In this document: positions 12,479-26,675 of the stretch, one piece after another
How positions within the stretch are numbered: position 1 is the first letter of the stretch
Layout: every line of letters starts with the position of its first letter
Assembly (NCBI GenBank): GCA_030704615.1
Contig: CM060734.1
Coordinates: 31,248,001-31,312,000 of the forward strand
Reading direction: 5' to 3'
Origin: Takakia lepidozioides
Taxonomy: Eukaryota; Plantae; Bryophyta
Length of the DNA: 64,000 nucleotides
Program-made: the position numbers and the translations under genes
Notes under the pieces: model-generated
Seen by the model: only the letters and a program-made list of their open reading frames with translations
What the model was told of the DNA's origin: nothing
The model's database searches: none

Positions 12479-15400
12479 AGGGGGGGGGTGAGCAGCGTAC
12501 GAGGTTAGGCTAAAAGTGGCAGAGTATTAAATGCGGCGTGCGTTTGAGATGAGATGCTTCGACGGCACTGTGCCAACTGGCTCGTTGGCGTCTTAGAATT
12601 ACTTTAACTAATTGATTAATTAATTAATCAATGCTAGGTAGTTGACTACTGCATTTATGAGGAATGGATGGATGAGGGGGTACGTTATTCATCCTTAAGC
12701 ATGCTCTTGCATCCTCTGTAATGGATGAACGTCGTCGGTGTCGTCCAGTTTCCTCTGCAAGGAGAGGTGTGCAACCACCATCGACCCAAAGAGTGTTCGT
12801 AAATAAGAGCCTCATCTATCCGGCTCCATTTTTATTTTTTTTAAAGCCTCTTCTCCATACGCGCATTCCGCGACAAATCCCCAACTCAATTGAAGAAAAG
12901 TTTGCACATTGAGTCTTTTTCTGCTTCTTCTTCTTGAATCAGGTGATGGTTAGTGGGCACAGCTTTTCCCCCCATGTTTTGAGCATTAATGGAGAGGGGG
13001 AGGGAGAGTGCCTGCCTGTCTTCTGCTGCTGCACAGCGCCTGCCTCACGTCTCCTCTCCTCCCTCTCTGCTGTCTCTCCCTTGCAAACTGCAGAGTTGAG
13101 TCAACCCAACTCGTCTGCACTGCCAGTTCACCATGCACTCTTCATTGTCTACCACCTCCATCGCCAAACTTAGCCCTCGCCACACTCCTCACTTGCACCC
13201 CATTAATGCCCAACCATACTGTACAACCAATGTTGTGCCAGGATAACTCCCATATTCTTGATGCCAATGGTAACGTCCAACTAGTCTCTTTTCATTCATT
13301 AATTTACACACATTCATTCACATATACACAAATTTTATGATTCCCGCATTCATAATTAGTCGTTATATCGGCAACATTGTGGAAATATGCAAGTGCCATC
13401 CACATTCTATTGTTCAGTCGCACCCATAACTCAGTTGTCACCACGATTGTTATTGCGAGAATTGTTATCCTTATGCCGCAGCAATGATCAAGAACTATTT
13501 TACAATCCGGGGTCTCTTTAGCCCATATTCTTTATTTTACCGCTTCCGATTCGGCAGTCTAGTTTTGCGGTCCCTAATTTGCAGTTATCTACATGATGGG
13601 TGTGTAGGGTAAGCAAACCACGCCAGGTGGTTCACAGGCCACGTGGCAGAGGGCGAGAATTTTCTTAAAATATCCTTTATGCAGGGTTCGAACGAATTGC
13701 AGTTGGTACGTTCGTAAGTACCTCCTTTCTCCTGCAAGGAATAAAAATTGGTACCTCATTTCATCCATTCAGCCATTGACAACCTATCATTCATTAATCC
13801 ACGATTAGTCTAATTAACAATCCACGAACACTAACCCATCCGTACAGCTGGTCGTCCGTTTTGTCAACTGATTTATGACCAGGCTTGCTTAGCTTAATCA
13901 CACTAATTAGTGACTCTAACTACGAGTAGCCAACGTGCCCCCTTCTCACTAACTCACTAATAACTATGCCGCGCGCCCGCTCTTAACCTACCTCGTTCCT
14001 CAATAACTATAAATTAATTCCCATATTAATATCATATCTATTTACTTTTCCACGGATGAGGAATCATGTCATCCCAACACAGGTCTTTTTCATTCGTAAG
14101 CACGTTGTTTGTTGGACGATTAGCCAGCTGTCATCGAATTTTACTTTCCCCCGCATTTGCACTCCATGCGCGGTAAACGGCCCCTGTCAAATCCAGCCAG
14201 ACGTGAAACTTTGTTTGATTGGGGTGTTGTCAAGTTTTACAGGCTGTGCTGTGCAAAGTAGACGTGTAGATTTGTGGTTTGGAGTTTTTATTTATCATTT
14301 GCTGCAGGGTTCACGCCTCGTGTAGATTTGTGGTTCCGTTCACATTTGTTTTCATCTAGTTTCTGGTGCTTTTATGCTATGACATTTATGCCAACCAACA
14401 TTGATTAGTTAGTCGCGCTCGAGCTTGTTTTGAATAATTCACCAATTGCATCATTAAATATATGGATAAGTTTCGAAGCCCGGAATCTTGGCTTTATTTT
14501 CAAAGTAGACCGAGCATTAGAATAGTGGGTTATAATTTGACGAAAATGGAATGATAAAAAATAAAATTGTATCACCAACAATATCCGCCACGGGACGCGT
14601 GGATATGAGGCTAAATGAATGCTAGAAGATGGACCCCTTCTAAATATACCTACACACATTGCTATAAAATACTTGTGAGCTAGGAAATTCCAACCACATT
14701 CACAGCTAAGGAATGAAGTATTATGCGGTAAGGGGAGACTTGTATCCAAGTCAACCAACTTATTACATAAGGAGGAGAGGAATACTTGCGGCACTTGTTT
14801 TTTTTTTTTTTTTGCAGCATTATGTTAGTAGTTAGTGCATTAATACATTTGAAATTGCTTGTTGGATTTAGCATCATGGAATCCTTAGCACCCACCGTCT
14901 AAAGGAGAGAACAAATACAGCCTGGGTTTCCTAGTTATATTTCCTCTACCGGACGGGAAGCTGGAGAATTTGGGTGGGAGCTTGTCTTGTCGGCCTTATG
15001 CGCAAAACATGAAACAAACGTGTTGGAAATAGATTATGACATGCAAGAAAACTGGGGAGGGGGGGTCAAAAGTGCGAGAAGGTTGGTAGGTAGGTAGTGA
15101 GCCTTGTTCTTGCACCCACAAACACACAGTCAACACTGGACCACCATCGCCAGCCTGCTCACCCCTTACCTACAGACCTCTTGTCCAGATTGCAATCCTT
15201 ACTACTCATCACTGTCCCATGTACCTTGTCCTGCAGCGGTGCAAAATGGGAGAGAGGCAGTTTCAAGAGAGGACTGGGTGAGGAAGCAAATCAACCCAAC
15301 ATCTCTCTCTAAGCCGCTAACGCCAATTAGCTAACCTAATTGACTTCCTAACTGGCAGGTGCGGCTGGGGCCTAACAGAGAAAGATGATGCCAAGAGGAG

Positions 15401-16144
15401 TTAGTTTTGCTCTTCTGGGCTTTAGGCTTTCGTCATGTGAGGATTTGAGATGTTTACGCCGGTATATATGAATTGGATTAGTTAGGTTTGCGAACTCAAA
15501 ACCCCTCGCACTTGTAACTAACCGCCATTATGGGCAATCCAATAGCCCAAATGTCACTATTGCGCAACATTGATGATGTTTGGAACGCAATTGTTTTCAT
15601 GCGAATATTACCAACCGGGCTCAACAAGAACTGCCCGGCACAAAGTCTTATATAACCTAAAGAATAAAAATAACAAATCAACTGATTGGCTCAACAATAG
15701 CCTCTAACTTTGAAATTCATTGTTTCAATGCTCTCTTTCTCTACACTCTCCTGTTTCCCACACTACTCACCCGGCTCTAGGAATTGGTTTCCAGTTTCCA
15801 CACTGGCACTCATCCAGCACAACACACACACTCACATGAGAGGGATGCGTTTCTAAGACAGGGAAGCGTACCAACAGAGCATCATCTGATTTACAGTCTG
15901 CAAGATTGTTCCAATCTCTTTCACTGGATTATAGCAACCCATAATGATCAAGTGTGTGTAGATTATCATTCTTTAATGGAAGCCAGCCATGAACTGGCTG
16001 TGGTTCCCCCCTTTGGGAGAGCGGTCAAACCACATGCCAGTCATGAGCTCCAATTATTATATGGAAGATGAGTTCTCACAGCCGGTCGTGAATGAAGACA
16101 CATGCTCACCTTTGCATGTTTGGAAAGGGAACACTCACAGTCTA

Positions 16145-16166
16145 ACACACACACACACACACACAC
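16145..16166. repeat. (AC)n microsatellite
   Basis: Run of AC dinucleotides. Confidence 0.9.
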
Positions 16167-18999
16167 GTTTGGAAAAGTGAGGGAGGAAGGAGAGAGGAAG
16201 AAGGGGGGAAGAGGGTTTGAATGGGAGGGTGACGTGCCAAAAGGCAAAGGCCAGTGCGGTTGACTGCGGCTCCACTCACAACTGCTTTGGTATTTTGTTT
16301 TTTGTGGGTTCTCAAGCTGTCTATTTTTGCTTGCTTGTTGGTGGGTTCTCTTTCTTTTTTACCTGATTCTATGCATTATTGAGGAATGTGGCCACCATAG
16401 TTGAATTGGGGGAGTCAAACCCCCGGAACAGGCCATGTCTTCTCACACATGTGTCATGTGTCTCTTGGCATGTTTCAAGTATCATTCATGTTCAAAAGTA
16501 AAGTGTTGATGAACTAAAATTGTTCCAAAAATGGTAAACCTAATGGACAACCGGATAATTAGAGTAAGAATGTAACAAAGGCAACCCTAATGTAACATAG
16601 GCAACCCTAATCGAGTGAGTTGTGGAATGGTGAACCATGGTACACATGATTGACAGAGAAAAAATATCACATCACAACTTTCAACTGATCAGTTCTCAAA
16701 CTGAGGCTCAAAATGGAAAGCAATCTGGGGGAGTCCAATTAGGTGCACAGCTAGAAGCAGCACAGAGGGGGCCACATGAGTGAATTAGGGTAAATATAGT
16801 TGGCCACATACTGAGCTTGCTTGCTGCTGCAAATCCTTTTCAAGGACAGAGAGAGGAAGACAGAGCAGGTACTTGGGGGGGAGAGAGAAGAGCATTGTCA
16901 AGAGTATATAGCACTATGGTAGAAGTACTGGGAGGAAGGCTATAATAAAAGGCAGTGGGGCAGGTACAAGGGAAGTTAAGTTACATACATAGTGTCCTGC
17001 ACTGCACTGCAACACACCACAGATTTGTTTGTATGGCCAATAGTGCAATATTAGCTGCAGATTTCCATGCCCTTGTTTGTCTGTCACCCCCACCCACCTT
17101 CTGTTGGTTGGCCTACTCTACAAGTCTGAGGAGCAGAGTTTCTCAAAGTTGAGTCTCTTTTCAAGAATGGAATAATGAAGTGATGGAATCCAGTTGTTGG
17201 CCAAGCTTGCTGGATAGAGTGACAGACCTATGATGTGTAATGCCAGAGCATTGTATGCTTTATATATGGTCAGCCCTCCCTAACTGTAATAAGCACCAAA
17301 AGAACAAAGTAACTAAAAGCGACGCGGTTTTCACACTTTAACAGTAAATCTAGTAAAGATAACAACTAAAATGTATAATTTGTATGGTTTATAGATCTAT
17401 AAAGGCTACTTATGGGTCTTTATGTCTAGGTTGGGTTAACATTTACATGGATTTATTTCATGAAGAAAGTGTTTGTTTTTCAAACTCTTGCCGACACATA
17501 TACATTTGTAAATTTGTATGGAGCGAGATTTCTGAATGCATAGTCATTTTAAAGGCTAGAACCTCGACTATAGTCTATGTTATTGCAAGAAATGCCTGGG
17601 GCCAGGCCCATCCGCCATTGGGACAATCAATAAGTAGTTTGGTAATCATTCCGTCGAATAATGTAACCTTTTCCTTCAGAGAAGAGCTGTAACCCACTTT
17701 TACAGCTTAAGAAAATAACTACTTGGAATTGATGCCAGATTTGATGATGTAAATTTTCTGCGTTGACGGGCATTGTTCCCTTTCCATTTAAAAAAAAGAA
17801 ATCAATGCCCATTTGAATCAATTTCTAAGTTAGGTAGTGATTGGTTTGACAATGCCGCATTCATAATTTCATGGGAGACTCAATAGACACTTCAACTGCC
17901 AATCTTACTCTAAACTAACATCGTCCGGTACGGAGCTGTAGTGGGGGTGTATGAAATGTCAAGGAAGAGTGGGGGCACCAAACATGCTTAGTTGCCTTCT
18001 ACTATGCAGCACATGGCAGGTCAGGCATGGTGGGCACCATGCCATGTTGGTGGGTTCTACAGGCCAACTTCCTGCTTCTGCACTTGTGACCATGTAAGTG
18101 AGCATATTGTCAACCCACCATATCTTCTTTGATCTTCCACACCGTCCTTTGAGAATTACCTACCCTTGCAGATGACTTAAAACAGCTTTACAGTGGGGGT
18201 AGGTTCCTCCCTCTTACCTATTTGTTTGACACAAGACGACATCGGCCGAAGCTAGCATAGATAGGTCCGGTGCTAGACGGAAAACTCCAAGTGACCATCC
18301 GACATGCACCTAAATTACAACAATTAGTGAATGGGTTGGACGGAAAATCATACAAAAGTTAGTCTTTCCAGTAAGATCATCATATCAGTGAGGACCATAA
18401 ATGTTGTCAATTTAGACTTGAAAAAGACTCAGCTGATGCTCTAATGAGAGTTATTGGTCCAAATCCTATAGATTATAACAGGAGGACATTACTCTAACAT
18501 TTGTAGGAATTTGACTTCCAAAGGGACTTGACCCATGTTATGGGAGAGTAGACAAGTGAAATGATCTCAGTGAATGAAGGCACAATTTCATTCCTCCAGT
18601 CAATCATTCTGTTTGGACTATTTGTTCTCCACCAGCTATCCCCAAATTGGCGGCATGTTTCCTTCACTAGGGGTAGAGCTAAAATGGGCTACGGTGGATC
18701 GCAGTCGAAACTTGTTTACACTATTCCAATTCATATATATATATATATAACCCTGCATAGCTTTATAAAAACTTCCGAATTTCTCAACAACTTTTTAAGT
18801 TGCAATTCTCAGAGAATTTGAGAATCTGTAAGCCACCTCTCTAGGTTATTTTTCCTGGGCTATTTTAATCTGATCTGGCCTGGGTCCGGTTTCCAGACCC
18901 TTTTCCAAAATATAAAGAATAAAAATTGTTACATCCATTTAGGGTCTCCAAGAATGAAAAATGTGCATGCTTTGCAGATTCCTACCTTCACTGTTAGGG

Positions 19000-21900
19000 A
19001 ACCCAAATGAATATCTTGACTAGCTAAAGTTGGGAAGGAATTGGGGTGTGGTTGTCTCTGCCAGCTGCCCAAAAAACTCCAAATCTGGTTTGGGTTCATT
19101 TGTCTTGTGAGTGGTGGAGAGAGGAAGGGGGACAGAATTGTCCAAAGACATTTTGGATCAAGTGAGTCAAAATTGCCAGCGTAGAAAGGATATGAAAGCA
19201 CAAAAGGCAGGTTGCAATGACAAAGAGACACAACTTTGTAGGTCATGCAGGCTGGTCCAGCTCATGTTTTGCATGAGGGTGTTTCTGCATGTGATCGATG
19301 CTTCCCAGGATGCAGCCTGTAGAGTTTAGTACCCTTCACAGGTAGATCTGGTAGATCCTTTTTCCTTTTTATGGCAATGAAGGAGTTTGGCTCAATGATC
19401 CCTATGGGAATGTGAGTGTTGTGGAACCTTTGCAGGGTAAATGCCTCAAGGGTACGGACTTAAGACAGATTGATTGACAGGATTTCATAGCTAAATACAT
19501 GTGATACCTGAAGCCTTAAGGCTGTTTTCTCCGATACAAAGTTCAAACTCTCTGTGAGAGTACCTACAGATTTGGATTCCTTGCAGATTGAACAATCACC
19601 CAGCCAGCTTTTAAGACAAACCCCCTTGTGGCGGAAACCATCAACCCACTGCACGTGTGCTGGCCTGGTCAGGCAAGTTTGACCAGTGATTAGATATCCA
19701 CAGCTCCAACTGGTAAACTCAGAAAGATGGAATAGAGAGAGATGGCATAAACATCATTAGTCAAGCCTGGTGTCAGACAGATACCTGGGCAAAAGTTTTT
19801 AGGTGGGAAAAACTGCAAATTAGCAGCACTGGTGATGACAGCAAGCCTGCGTCCTGCCTTTAATTCTTCTACCAGGTAGGCGGCAAAAGTTCATACTGGG
19901 CATTAGATGATCCTTGTCATATCTCCACCTGTTGCCATCGGACCTTCTTCGAAATCCTTTGATTCCTTGAGTGTTCACTGTTCCATAGCAAGTGGGAGGC
20001 TTGAAAGAGACAAGCTCAAACAGCAATAGCTGGCTCCAATATATTCGACAGGACACTGTGATGGCACTGGTGAAAGTTCATTGCCTTCTGTAATTTCACT
20101 CCAAGTATGTGGAATGGCGATAGCGGCAGCCAACTGTAGTTGAGTTGATCGGAGGGAGTGCGTGGTAACTTAGAAACTAGAAACAGGCAGGGTGCTCTGT
20201 GAGAAGGCTGTGTTCATTCACATTTTTACTATAACACTGCCCACCTTAAAGCGTCTTAAAGATATGCTTTAAAGTCGTTTTGGCAGCACAACGTGCATGC
20301 GTGATGTCTGCGAGCATGGCCCCCGGTTCCTTCATCTTCTGGCTGCCTCGTGTCTCTGCCCAGAAGGATTACATAGCCTGCATGGAAGCAGCAGGGCTGT
20401 AGATCAGGACATGGGGCTGGCAGGCTGGCACATGTATGGCCATTGCCATTCTCACTATATTGCTGCCTGGATTAGCCGAGGGGATATTTGGTCGGGCCCA
20501 TATTACGGATCTATGCTTGCTAACAGTTACTTCCGTCAGCAGCCAAGTGTCCTGAAGCGCAACCACTCATGCACCTGGCCACATGTCCTTGAGGTCGCTT
20601 CTCTCAAGCTATATACACAATGGGTAGTTCGTTCCTTGTACAGCTCTTGCATCTCCTACCCACCAAAGGGCTGCCTCGATTTTGTTCAATCGGCTCCGTC
20701 AGCAATTAAGCCCAAAAGTGAGATTTGGGCGATTTAGGAATTAGATTATTCCAAAAGCACGGTACTAGAGCTTCTGAAATCTCCGAGGGGCTAGTGTTTG
20801 AAGGTCCCCTACTTAGTAAGTAGTCCACAAGAGCTTTTCCTTGTTAATGTGAAGCTTGTGAAAATTGTTAGAACTCACAAAAAACTGAATACAAAGATTT
20901 GGAAGTGTGAGGGTCATTGCCACGTGAATGGGAGGAGTCCTGCGCAAGGTCGCCCATTCCTGGCAGGCTCTACGTCACATGCCGGCCTGAACATCCACGT
21001 AAGCGAACTGAGTGCTGCCCCGCTTCATTGAGCACCCTACTCTGTGGATCCAATCCAACAACAGAAAGCTAGAAAGGAATATTTCAAGGCATTTCTTGTA
21101 TCACACATCAGTCATGTCAAACCGTTAGCCGAAGATGGGCTGGAAGCTGCCGCCTTTCACCAGGTTTCTGTACCCAAATCTACTTCACTTGAATATTCCA
21201 GTTATCCTGGCACTACTCGATCTTCCTCTAAATTATCCCTAGCCATACGGAGATTATTGAATGCTCGACGCCATACTGAAAAATCATTGTGCGCATTTCC
21301 CAAGCTCTGACCGATAGAGGAGACGATAGACTACACCTAAGTTATGTAGTTGTCTGGGATGGCTTTGCCGGAATGCAAGCCCTGCTGCGTAGCATACAGA
21401 ATCCAGATGCAGGTACTGTTCCCATCTTCGTTCGATCGCTGGAAAATTGGACGTGTCCTTCTGTCAAATCTCGGGCGTTGTGCACAATTATTTCATGAAT
21501 ATGCAATGTAGCGACGCAATGCAAACTACCGCTTTGATTATTTTAAGAGTTACCCTTGATGGAGTAGAATACAAGCCAGATTGGCATGCTGTGGAAGTTG
21601 CTTATTCGGATTCCTGGCAGCACGCAACCAGACTTTAGCGCACGTTTTTGGAGTGAGGGGGGCCACCCTTCCTGTTCACCAAAGCCCAATCATTCCTTTG
21701 CTCTGCTATTCCAGCTCACGAGGATCTACTCGAGATTGGGGAACTTAAGCCCTGGGCAAGTACATGTTTTATTAAGCAGCTTGGGAAGGAAGAACAAATA
21801 CACCACATTATCATGTGGGTAACTTAATTCTCCTCGCTCGGCGGCAAACGGTAAGTACACTGAAACCGTCCAGATGTTGCGCATTCCACCTTCCTATGAT

Positions 21901-23021
21901 CATGCTGGATAGGCCATTGCAACAGCTGCATTTGCGTTCATGACATTGGGCCCCCAAAAGTTTCCATACTGCCTCCAAATCTTCCAGCAGCTATTCTGTA
22001 CCAACATCCGAAATGTTGGCAATAAATTATGTGATGGGTTCATTGGCTGCATCTGTGTGATGTGTTCTTCACACTTATCTCACACTAATCAGCCGCAAAG
22101 TAATGACCAGCGGTTAACAGGTGTTGAAGGGCTGGCGAGCCATATCGACAACATTCCAACTCTTATTCTGGGCTCTTATTCTTCTTCTTCCCCTAAATTG
22201 AGGTGATCGGTTTGGAGGGCCCACGTCAGACTCAACGGACTAATTCCGAAGAACTAGCCGGGCGAGGAAGACGCTTTGGTAGCTGCCAAACGTGTTGAGA
22301 CAGCAGTTTCTGATGATAGAGATCGCAATGACAGCCGAGCCAACATATGCATGGAGGTGGGTGGCCCACACTCCGATGGCCAACGACGTACCTAGTAACA
22401 AGAATAGCAGCGAGCCTCTTGATGCACACGTGGTGTGATGCAAGCCTTTGAATGCAGAGCTGGAAGGCTGTACTGCGGGAGTGATCATGTATCTCTGGCG
22501 GCTTGCTGTAATATCCACGCTGTTTTTGCGCTTCTTCAGGACTTTTGGTCTGAAATTTAGGAAAGTGCTCAACAACCCAAAGCCCACCTCTATTTGGAGC
22601 CGAGTCTTGGACACAACATACAACACCTGTTCCTCTATCTTCTCATACTTCCAACCGCTCGAAATTCTCTTTGCAAATATAGTGATTTCCCCACCAACAG
22701 ACCTGTTGTTTAGTTTTCTTTCTCAGTATTCTTGGGAGTACACTGTTTCATGCCATCTCACACGACAATTGAGACACTACTACTCTTAAATCCAGGAAAG
22801 TCCCCGGGTAAGAATTTTCCACCCACCTAAACCTTTGACCTTGCCAAGAACCCAGATGTTTACAGAGACCACTTTTGGAATGGAGCAGAATTCTCATAAA
22901 AACATTCATGGCTTGTAAATAACATGTTCCACGGAATCCCAATTCAGGAGTTTGTCCTGGGCATCTAGTGGCTTTGATGCCCAGCTACAGATTAGGTGGA
23001 AGATGTTGCTCTTGCGTCATA
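19000..23021 (-). mobile_element. Degenerate non-LTR retrotransposon (RT remnant); probably the target of the MULE insertion
   Basis: Minus-strand motif relics lie in LINE RT order and spacing: ITGIFK (~21200), FQPI (~21140), TQFAY (~21005), INKEKLLW (~20820), TEPIEQNRG (~20690), HLAADG (~20540). Many stops and frameshifts. Confidence 0.4.
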
Positions 23022-23030
23022 CTCGCAGCG
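23022..23030 (+). repeat. Target-site duplication, left copy (CTCGCAGCG)
   Basis: Identical to 37444-37452; 9 bp is typical of Mutator elements. Confidence 0.93.
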
Positions 23031-23098
23031 GGCAAGTAATAGAAGAGGCCCTGGAGTTTAATGCGCCATCAGCGGGGCTGCCTACGTGGCCCTCCCCT
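23031..23098 (+). repeat. Left TIR (68 bp perfect; imperfect similarity extends to ~23150)
   Basis: Exact reverse complement of 37376-37443. After a poly-C insertion the match resumes at CCCCCATGGCGGC and GTCGCCGCGA. Confidence 0.97.
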
Positions 23099-23586
23099 TC
23101 CCCCCCCCCTCACCCCCATGGCGGCTCCTGCGTTGGTCACGGTCGCCGCGACGGGTCGCTCCCCATCCGCCCGCCCGCCGCCCTCGCCCGCCCGCCTCCA
23201 TTGCTGCTTCAAACCCGTCGTACATGAATCATGTCACACAGCCATGCATGTTGAACATGTTCTATGTCACACAGCCATCATCCCGGAGATCCACATCACT
23301 CATGTAACACAGGCATCCATCATCACCAAGATATGACACCTCCACATAGATGCATGGATCGTCACACATCGATTCAAAATTCAAATTTGAACTTCTAAAT
23401 AAATATTTTAATCCATTGCACCGGATGATTTCTGTCATGTACCGGATGATTACTTTCGTACGGGCAATTGTCCACCTGTCTCCATCTTCCTCCTCCTCAT
23501 CATCGTCCTCAAAATTCTCCGGTCACCATTGTAGCAGCGTTTCACACTCGTGCATGCAGTGTGAACCCGACTGCTGCTGAAACGAC

Positions 23587-26424
23587 ATGTCTGTACATGA
23601 CAGAAGTGAAGAGTTTATCCTCCAAGCTGTCCCCCATCTTGTTTCGAATCTGCGAAATCAAGTGCAATCTCCGAACACAGGTGCTTTCAATCACAATGTT
23701 TTACAATGGCGCTATCAATGGCATGGTATCCCTCCCGGTGAAGACAACGCTTCAGTGGCCTACATTCCATGGAGTCGTGTGAATGATTTCATAACTGGGG
23801 AATCATCCCACCCCGATGGGCCATGCACTTTCCGCAAACATCGCCAAAGAGGTTGTCCACATGGATCACTCCTCCCTCCACGCACTAATAGTGCCTTAAG
23901 TCTAACAAGGTAAGACTATGTCAACTCCATGTAATACAGTACTATTTCGTGTCATCATTGGGGGCCCCTTGCTGTATGAGTCTTGGAGTCGCTCCATTGC
24001 AGTATGAGTAATGTACCATGGTTTCTTTCGTAGGTATCACTGCTCATATGGGCCAGAGGACAAGACGACTACCCTCTTGGAGGTAACCTCCGCCATGGCT
24101 GCCAGGAAATGGAAACCACGACCTCCCAAGAAGAAGGGGAGAAAGCCAAGACTTGTGGGATCTGCCAGCGAGCAAAAACCAAAACAAATGAGGACCACGA
24201 AAACGAAATCTGGGGAGGGCATAAAGAGGGGATGTGTATGTCGGTTTGTAGTGAAGCAATGCTATGTTGACCCTGAAATTGCAGAGTTGGTATATTACGA
24301 GAAGAGACACGTCAATGGAGCTGGAGAGATATGTCATGGGTTTGCACATGAAATTGGACGTGCTGCATTAGCTCCCCACGTCAGTGAAGACATGAAAGCA
24401 TGGGTAATGCACAACTTGCGGTTAGGGCTAAGCATCAACAAAATAATGGCGAAGTACATGCAGCGGGTAAAGGAGATGATGGATGCTGGATTGGAGGTCA
24501 ACCGTGATACTTTCCTCCTTTCATGGGACATCCGGAATATTGCCAACAAATGTGATGAAGAAACATTCAAAAAACACTCAAATGATGCACGTAGTGTCAG
24601 CATGTGGGTGGAGGCCAACCCACATAGTATTTTCTACTACCAGGAAGAATCGAACCACCCTGCATGGACTTCCAATGACAGAAAACTCGACCTCCCATTT
24701 GTGCTGGGCATACAAACTGAATGGCAGAAAAAATAGATGGTGAACCATGGACATTCGCGAATAGTGGCGTGCGATGCAACTTTCGGGACAAATGAAAAAA
24801 AGGTGAACATCATTCTGATGCAATGTGTATTAGAAGACCTGCAAATGTGCATTACATCATAACATGTACATTCCATATGCATGAAAGAATTTGTAACATC
24901 TGTTTTACATGATTGTTGCTGCAGTATCCATTGTACACCATGATGGTGTTTGATGAGTGGCTGAATGGAATTCCAGTCGCGTACATTATCATGGCTAGGT
25001 GCAAAACCAAATATTTGCAACCTTGGATGGAGGCACTGAACGACCAAATGAAAGCCAGGAAAGTCGACTGGCGCCCCAATGCGTTTATTGTCGACGATGC
25101 AGATGCAGATGCAGAAATTGCAGCCATTAGGTACCTGCAACTTTACAAAACAATTGCTTGGTCATTGCTTGCATGTAAATGTGTTTTATACTACTTGAAT
25201 CTGATAAGGAGCAGATGTGTGTGGGGGGATTGTGCAATTTTCCTGTGTTTGTGGCATGTGAGGCGAGCTTGGCAAAAGAATGTAGTCAGCAAGGTCAAAG
25301 ATGCAGCAGTACGGGCGGCTGTGTTATAGGACCTTACACAAATCATGTATGACAGACGAGACACCTCCGGGGATGCAGGTGAGGCATGGGCAGTATACAA
25401 GATAATTTCATTGCGGGAGAAGTATCCTTCTGAGACTGATTTCTGCAACTACATGGAGACCAAGTGGCTTCCCAAAGCTAAAATGTGGATCACCGGAACA
25501 CGGAACATTCCCCATGCCTCTCAAGATACTAATGTTGCCATTGAAGCTTATCATGGGATCCTTAAAGCGCAACTGAAGTGTACCAAAAGTGTCCTTACTA
25601 GTAGGCGGGTTGACTGGCTCATCTCAGAATTGACAGGTGATGTCCTTACCCATTATTGGTACATGTCTCATGCGAAGGCTTATGGATTTGTTCGAAACAA
25701 GCGGCAAGAGGGATTTATTTGTAGTTCCATATTGCTTGCCAAACACATTCCTGATGAGAACGTGACTCTGCCCGATACACCCGGAGGCCCCGCAAAAGTT
25801 GAATGTCATCGACATTTGGGTGACACGTTCATAGTTCACAATCCCGACTCAAAGTGGGCTTGCTGTGATTGCCCATGGGCCCTGAAAGGCAATATGTGTG
25901 CACACCAAGTCAAGGTTTTGAAGATGTTGCACCCTCATCTCGAAGATGGGCTCATTGCAAAGTTCTGTGGATCTCTCATGGGCACATCAAAAGGTGGCCT
26001 TCAGAATTTGGTGACAGGTTCACAATCCCCCTCCCCTCCATGTGCTCTAACTCCTCCAAATTTGAAATCCCCTTCTATGTCTGTAAAAAGCCCTCTTCAT
26101 CGAAGTCCTTTGCATATTAACCTCATGGCCTCAATTTCTACAGAATGGCAGAGTATTCTTGAATTGACACAGAAAAATGTCTTCCTCCAGCAACATCTGC
26201 TTGCCCTCGTGAGAGCTGCAAAGGGAAAGATTTTGGACTTGACTGCCATGATGGAGGAGGGCCTTCAATACCCTGGTGAAGAGCCAGTTATGACTGTTGT
26301 TGATGATGGGAAGGGAAAGTCCCTCGTACGCTTCAAAGACTTTTTGGAGAGGCATGGGCACAATCACAATGGCAGACCTGCACCCGCAGATTGTAGGACG
26401 AGGAAGAGGCTATACACAGGGTGA
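23587..26424 (+). pseudogene. MULE DDE transposase with C-terminal SWIM finger (~835 codons, 4 exons, two premature TAG stops)
   Basis: Exons 23587-23909, 24034-24802, 24925-25130 and 25215-26424 join in frame at GT-AG sites. Motifs: YHCSYGPED and KRGCVCRFVVK..H (WRKY/GCM1-like finger); ACDATFGTN (D); FIVDD (D); CLWH (CxxH); AIEAYH (E); CDCPWALKGNMCAH (SWIM). Stops at 24734-24736 and 25327-25329. Confidence 0.92.
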
Positions 26425-26675
26425 AAGGCATGAAGGTACTGCCCTACACTTCCTCAAATTCGGTTTGTAAAGTACAAACCTGATGCAGATCCACTGACAG
26501 CATGAGTTCGACCATTTCACTGTGCAGGGACAATGATGCCACCTCTCAGCAGGGGAGATAGAAGCTGTTGGATGCGTGCGCACATATATGCCTTGTCCTG
26601 GCATGTGAGCTCTCATATAGTTCCGTAGTTTTGAAATTATGTGTTAGGTACTCTCCCTACAATCACAATTTGTAT

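Noticed and set aside
15340-17150. Conserved miRNA hairpins (miR156/529/535/166/319 etc.)
   Set aside because: No mature-sequence match or long stem found by eye.
24734-25329. Stop-codon readthrough or U-to-C editing rescuing the transposase TAGs
   Set aside because: U-to-C editing is organellar; C>T deamination of methylated CAG is the simpler explanation.
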